Source: a virus
Lineage: Duplodnaviria; Caudoviricetes
DNA length: 61,408 bases
Reading direction: 5' to 3' (one strand)
IMG/VR virus record: IMGVR_UViG_3300020392_000014
Coordinates: 1-61,408 of that record
The notes beneath the pieces are model-generated. The model was given only the letters and a program-made list of their open reading frames with translations. It did no database searches and was not told where the DNA came from. Positions 57,076 to 61,408 of this stretch are shown here, one piece after another (the stretch's first letter is position 1; each line of letters opens with the position of its first letter). Position numbers and translations under genes: made by a program.

Positions 57076-57530
57076 AATTTTAATTGTATTGGATTATTAT
57101 TTTTAATTGTTTCTTGTAAATTGTGAGTCAAGGGTATAAGCATACAATCTGACATATAAGTACCACCGCCCATGTTGTACATTTCTGTTTTTGTTGGTCT
57201 GGTCGTTCCATGTGTATCTAAAAATAATTTTTCGTTGATTGGTATATAAAACGAAACATCTTTTTTTGGTGCGGGAAAGCATTTATAATATTGCCTATTT
57301 TTAATTGGCTGTCCCCTTTTTTTGCCATCTGTATACACTTCGTTATATATTTGTGCACCTGTCAAATCTATTTCAAGATTTTCCATTGTTTCATGACTAA
57401 ATTTTGTCCCCGCACAGGCAGTAAATGTATTGCCAGAGAATCCTAATTTTTTATATTCATCATCTGTTTTTGCAAATTGCACAGCCCTTTGAAGTGTCCT
57501 AAATTCTTGTGATGAGTTTACTCTTACCAT
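57069..57530 (-). CDS. Early hypothetical protein
   Basis: 153-aa ORF with good start context. Confidence 0.7.
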   Translation of the reverse strand: MVRVNSSQEFRTLQRAVQFAKTDDEYKKLGFSGNTFTACAGTKFSHETMENLEIDLTGAQIYNEVYTDGKKRGQPIKNRQYYKCFPAPKKDVSFYIPINEKLFLDTHGTTRPTKTEMYNMGGGTYMSDCMLIPLTHNLQETIKNNNPIQLKLW

Positions 57531-57550
57531 AGTTTATTTAATTTAATTAG

Positions 57551-57597
57551 TTAGAGAGCGAGGGGGGAATCGAGCCCCCCTTCAACCATTTCGCCCT
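57551..57597 (-). ncRNA. tRNA minihelix-like element (acceptor plus T-arm only)
   Basis: AGGGCGA-aatggttgaa-GGGGGG-CTCGATT-CCCCCC-TCGCTCT. Confidence 0.55.
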
Positions 57598-57600
57598 TAG

Positions 57601-57732
57601 TTACACACCAATAAATACAAGTATGTAAAGCATGTACATAATGCCTGTTAATGACATTGTAGTGAGCCCAGAAATTATACTTGCTAAAATTGGGTGTTCT
57701 GTTGTCCAAAGTAATTTAAAAAAGTATTTCAT
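57601..57732 (-). CDS. 43-aa hydrophobic membrane peptide (not in ORF track)
   Basis: MKYFFKLLWTTEHPILASIISGLTTMSLTGIMYMLYILVFIGV; starts 3 nt after the MTase stop. Confidence 0.6.
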   Translation of the reverse strand: MKYFFKLLWTTEHPILASIISGLTTMSLTGIMYMLYILVFIGV

Positions 57733-57735
57733 ATT

Positions 57736-58668
57736 TTAAAATGTTAATGTTAATTGAATTGATTTATTTATTTTATTTATCATTTGTTTTATGCCTCGTA
57801 TCATTTTAGAGTGAATAGCACAAACCTCCCTCTTAATAATCTCAGTTTGTTGCTCATCTATTTCATATGTTAGCACACTTCTCTGTGTGGTCGCACATGC
57901 TTTGGCAGTCGAGCCAGACCCTGCGAACATATCCAAAACGATTTCAAAGGGCTTAGTTGATGCTTTCACAAGCTCAATGAGTAGCTCGGTCGGTTTGGCT
58001 GTTTGGTACTTAGAATCGGCTTTAAATTGGTACAGGGGCTGAAGTTCAAAATCTAAATCAGCCCTTTTGTTACCACTTTTAGAAAATGCAAAGATATGCT
58101 CTTGTAATTGATGACCACAAAAAGCATAAGGTTTGCCATTTTTGTAAAGTTTTTGAAATTTAATCGACTGATGACATTCTTTTAACCCAGACAAAGTGAA
58201 TGCCTTTTTATATTCTGCAAGTGCTTTAATATTTGTTTTACTTGCTGAAAACATAAAGAAAATAGGGGTGTCATTTGTCTTTGTTAATTTAACAACATCT
58301 CGCATAAAAATTGTAAATTCTTGACTGCTCATTAATTGATATTTTGTAAGGTTTCTATTACCCCCCTTTGCCCCTGGGATTATGTAAGGGGGGTCAAGAA
58401 AAATCATATCAAATTTTGCTTGTTCTTGCACAAGTTTTTTAATCTCGTGCTTTGCATTACCTGACTGAATTATTGAGGCAGTCTCGCCCTGTTTAGTTTT
58501 AAGAGTGTAAACCCCTTTGGCTATTCTTTCGAGTTCTCCAGACTTAGCACCCTGTCCCAATATTCGCCGAATAGTGGGATTGGGTAGCTTAGTAATGGCT
58601 TCAATTTCGCTAATACTCGCCTGAATACGACCCTTTAAAACTTCGTTTACTATGTCCTTTTGTTTCAT
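57736..58668 (-). CDS. DNA adenine-N6/cytosine-N4 methyltransferase (beta class) with N-terminal winged HTH
   Basis: FLDPPY precedes TAKP and LDMFAGSGST; N-terminal SISEI...PTIRRIL...ERIAKGVY. Confidence 0.85.
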   Translation of the reverse strand: MKQKDIVNEVLKGRIQASISEIEAITKLPNPTIRRILGQGAKSGELERIAKGVYTLKTKQGETASIIQSGNAKHEIKKLVQEQAKFDMIFLDPPYIIPGAKGGNRNLTKYQLMSSQEFTIFMRDVVKLTKTNDTPIFFMFSASKTNIKALAEYKKAFTLSGLKECHQSIKFQKLYKNGKPYAFCGHQLQEHIFAFSKSGNKRADLDFELQPLYQFKADSKYQTAKPTELLIELVKASTKPFEIVLDMFAGSGSTAKACATTQRSVLTYEIDEQQTEIIKREVCAIHSKMIRGIKQMINKINKSIQLTLTF

Positions 58669-58672
58669 AGTT

Positions 58673-58987
58673 TTATTTTTTATAGTTATAGTTATCAATG
58701 TCCCAGACCTTGCCAGAATTTACAAGCTCATCATAGATGCCCATGTAACAAACTTGAGCGAGGTTTTGGGGGTTGTCTAAGTGTGAAAAATCGTACAAAT
58801 GCAAATCCTTAATGACCTTTATTTGGTCGCTGTAATACATTAAAGCATGGTCAATTTCTTGGTTTAGATAATCGTTAATACAATCATCAAACACCAATTC
58901 AAAATGCTCTCTGTCTAGCGATTCAGTTTCTAATTGGTCATTAATCATATCAATAAAATCTGTTTCAAAGTCGTTAATATATCCCAT
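58673..58987 (-). CDS. Ocr-like acidic DNA-mimic anti-restriction protein
   Basis: About 23 D/E versus 6 K/R; IDHALMYYSD...IYDEL resembles T7 Ocr ADNAVPHYYAD...IYEQL; second early gene. Confidence 0.55.
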   Translation of the reverse strand: MGYINDFETDFIDMINDQLETESLDREHFELVFDDCINDYLNQEIDHALMYYSDQIKVIKDLHLYDFSHLDNPQNLAQVCYMGIYDELVNSGKVWDIDNYNYKK

Positions 58988-59190
58988 TATTGTACAATTT
59001 TTAAGTTCAACTCTCTTGCAACATAATTAATATGCTTTGATGTCGTAGGGCTTGAAGTTCTGCCCCCTACATTCCAAGCAACTTTTTTCAATGTGTCGCC
59101 TTTTATTTCTGCCACTAATGTGTTGTAAGAAAAAACTTTATCGCCTATAACATTTAGATTTTGTTTGTATCGTTTTAATTGTGTAATCAT
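58987..59190 (-). CDS. First early protein (SYxTxVA...SxTTSKHIN type)
   Basis: Motif recalled from phage early proteins; first gene after the early promoter. Confidence 0.7.
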   Translation of the reverse strand: MITQLKRYKQNLNVIGDKVFSYNTLVAEIKGDTLKKVAWNVGGRTSSPTTSKHINYVARELNLKIVQ

Positions 59191-59218
59191 GTTTATTAAA
59201 TTTTAATTGTTTATGAAA

Positions 59219-59226
59219 CAAACATA
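59219..59226 (-). promoter_or_regulatory. Early promoter -7 element TATGTTTG
   Basis: TAnnTTTG on the minus strand, upstream of the ATG at 59190. Confidence 0.55.
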
Positions 59227-59229
59227 AAT

Positions 59230-59660
59230 AATATTTAATTATAAAACAAATTTGTATTAAAAAAACTTTAATTAACAGGAAGAAAAAAAATTATTTTGGT
59301 GGGTGTACTTGTTGCAATTATTCTCTTTTGTTTTCGGTCTGGTTGTCAGTTGTTTAAGTTTTCTTTTGTCAATGTGTTTTGTTTGTGTTTTTGTTTTATC
59401 GTGGGTTGATAAAGGGGAAGGTCTCAAAGCGTGAGACATTTGGAACGCTAAACGAGAAACGAGAGAAGGGAAGGCACCCCCAGAGGGGCGACAGGGGGCG
59501 AGGCAGTCCAGACCCACAGCAAAAAGCCAAAAAATCTAAAAAAAACGACAGGATTTAGGATTTTGTGCAAAAAAAAAATCAGTTTCTGTGCAGGGGTGTG
59601 CTTGCGTAAAACATAGTATTACCCTAAACTTCTATATATCTGAATCTCAAAAAAATTTTT
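59230..59660. other. Non-coding divergent region, probable physical genome end / packaging region
   Basis: Strand switch point with no credible ORF; GC-rich purine-skewed block followed by A-tracts. Confidence 0.45.
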
Positions 59661-59687
59661 CACTATCTTTACTAAAATTTAAAAGTC

Positions 59688-59888
59688 ATGATGAATACAA
59701 ACGATTACGTAAACGGACTATTGATCAAAAATGGTAGATTAATAAACGACAGGCCTAATGGTATTACAGGTATACAACAAATTGCTAACATGAAGCGTGC
59801 AGTTGACAACGATAGAAAGATAAATACAATATCTGAAGCAATAGGTGTAGCTGAAAATAAAAAGAATTTAAGACAACTAGAGTTTTAA
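59688..59888 (+). CDS. Small hypothetical protein, monocistronic
   Basis: TATCTTTA at 59664-59671 upstream, terminator downstream. Confidence 0.65.
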   Translation: MMNTNDYVNGLLIKNGRLINDRPNGITGIQQIANMKRAVDNDRKINTISEAIGVAENKKNLRQLEF

Positions 59889-59918
59889 AAATATTTTGTT
59901 CTGTTTTTGATTAATTGT

Positions 59919-59950
59919 AAGGAGGGTTCTTAGTTGAATCCTCTTTTTTT
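59919..59950 (+). terminator. Intrinsic terminator
   Basis: gagggttc-ttagtt-gaatcctc followed by T7. Confidence 0.75.
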
Positions 59951-59957
59951 ATACAAA

Positions 59958-60148
59958 TACGTCAATAGTCGTCGTAAGTTTGTCAACTAAAAACTAAACT
60001 CGTCGTATCATAACTAACTGATTATCAATATTATATATAATTTACGTCGATTTCGTCGACTTTTCTCGTGTATATAGAGGAGAAAGTAAAATATACATAT
60101 AAATATATTTGCAAGTATACAAGCCTTAAACTCGACGAGTCGTCGTAT
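59958..60148. repeat. CGTCG/CGACG iteron-like cluster with AT-rich spacers (putative origin)
   Basis: Copies at 59970, 60001, 60045, 60054, 60133 (inverted) and 60141. Confidence 0.55.
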
Positions 60149-60201
60149 AGCTTATTGTTCAAAAAATTGTATATTTACTCAAATTAAATTTAATTAATTA
60201 C

Positions 60202-61408
60202 ATGAACAACAAAGGTTATATACCCAAAGACCTCACATTTGACCAGGAGGGTCGAGATAAACTTATATCCGGCATATCGTCCATATCCAAAGCTGTGAAG
60301 AGCACACTTGGCCCGAGAGGTCGCACTGTATTAATAGAATCATCAGACCATCTTCAGGGAATTACTGTAACAAAAGACGGAGTAACCGTAGCAAACTCTA
60401 TATATCTTGACGATCCAATAGAAAACCTAGCAATACAAATGATGAAGGATGCAGCTTCACGGACTGCAGCTTCGGCTGGTGATGGCACGACTACTGCAAT
60501 AGTATTAACTGAAGCGATTGTCAAATGCGGTCTCAAAGAATTAGAGTTTGAAGATGATTGTAACATAACAGAAATAATAAAACACATAAATAAAGAAATA
60601 CAAGTTATATTAGAAGTGTTGCATAAAAAATCAAAACCAGTAAATGATAACACATTGAACCATGTAGCTACGATATCAGCAAACAATGACAAAGAGATTG
60701 GTGATATAATTACAGAAGCCTACAATAAGGTTGGTAAAGATGGTGTGGTTACGGTTGAGAAAAGTATGAATCATGAAACGTATGCAGAAGTGACTAACGG
60801 TATTAAAATAGATAGAGGCTATACGTCTAATTTATTTTTAAACAACCAACGTAAGGATGAGTGCGTGCTTGAAGATGTTTCTGTTCTAGTTTGTGATCAG
60901 GAGATAAATAATATTTTGCAAATAGAAAATGTTCTCAAACCAATCATTCAACAAAACAAAAAACTTTTACTTATAGCTCCGTGTTCGCAAAACGTTATAA
61001 ACACACTAGCAGCAAATGTTGTGAGAAATGGTTTGAAGCTTTGCAATATAGTACCGCCATCGTTTGGTTACAAGACACACGAGCTTATGTCAGACATAGC
61101 GGTTGCTATAGGTGCAAAATTTTATTCAGAAAAAACTGGAGACGATTTAAGTCTGCTAAACATTACAGACCTTGGACATGTGGATAAAATAATTGTTGGA
61201 AAAGAAAGTTCAGTGCTAATTAAAAACGACCAGGTGAATGAAGATGTAACAAAAAGAATCGAAGAGCTGAAAGAACAAGCTGAAAACACAGTAAAAAAAC
61301 CAGACAAGGATTTTATAAACGAAAGGATAGCTAGCCTAGCCGGAGCTATTGGGTGTATATATGTAGGTGGTAATAGTGATGTTGAGCAAAAAGAAAAATA
61401 CGATAGAG
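60202..61408 (+). CDS. groEL: Chaperonin GroEL (3'-truncated by the window; not in ORF track)
   Basis: AVKSTLGPRGRTV, ITVTKDGVTVA, AGDGTTTA, VATISANND, DRGY; frame open to the window end. Confidence 0.95.
   Translation, partial: MNNKGYIPKDLTFDQEGRDKLISGISSISKAVKSTLGPRGRTVLIESSDHLQGITVTKDGVTVANSIYLDDPIENLAIQMMKDAASRTAASAGDGTTTAIVLTEAIVKCGLKELEFEDDCNITEIIKHINKEIQVILEVLHKKSKPVNDNTLNHVATISANNDKEIGDIITEAYNKVGKDGVVTVEKSMNHETYAEVTNGIKIDRGYTSNLFLNNQRKDECVLEDVSVLVCDQEINNILQIENVLKPIIQQNKKLLLIAPCSQNVINTLAANVVRNGLKLCNIVPPSFGYKTHELMSDIAVAIGAKFYSEKTGDDLSLLNITDLGHVDKIIVGKESSVLIKNDQVNEDVTKRIEELKEQAENTVKKPDKDFINERIASLAGAIGCIYVGGNSDVEQKEKYDR

Noticed and set aside
59272-59517. 81-aa minus-strand ORF
   Set aside because: GTG start in a compositionally odd region, atypical residues, and it lies upstream of the early promoter.
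60354-61307. Three track ORFs near the right end
   Set aside because: They overlap the GroEL frame, which the track missed because it has no stop in the window.
1-61408. Alternative genetic code (stop reassignment)
   Set aside because: Long genes are intact in code 11, and TAA, TAG and TGA all end genes at coupled junctions.

Overview
Near-complete genome of an AT-rich, lytic, podovirus-like dsDNA phage. The host is most likely a Bacteroidota (Flavobacteriia) bacterium, judging from repeated TAnnTTTG promoters and A-rich starts without Shine-Dalgarno motifs. The window appears to be opened between a GroEL gene (cut at the right edge) and a Lys-rich tandem repeat (left edge). Plus strand, 1-46 kb: a cluster of tiny basic proteins with an HExxH peptidase, head spike base, lysis cassette, three paralogous modular tail fibres, a tandem GroES-like protein, TerS/TerL, portal, PAP2 phosphatase, scaffold, major capsid, adaptors, a split tail stabilisation protein and three internal virion proteins. 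Minus strand, 46-59 kb: metallophosphoesterase, VRR-NUC, SNF2-like helicase, primase-helicase, a recombination module, a DnaA domain IV-like protein, many small early genes, a DNA methyltransferase and an Ocr-like protein. The most notable observations are: (1) the 2262-aa virion gene appears to carry two hidden coding layers, a -1 frame reached through an A10 run and a nested +1-frame basic peptide gene; (2) two tRNA-like elements lacking a proper anticodon arm; (3) tail-fibre module junctions that look conserved at codon level; (4) a CGTCG-rich putative origin. All family assignments are from motif recognition by eye; no searches were run.
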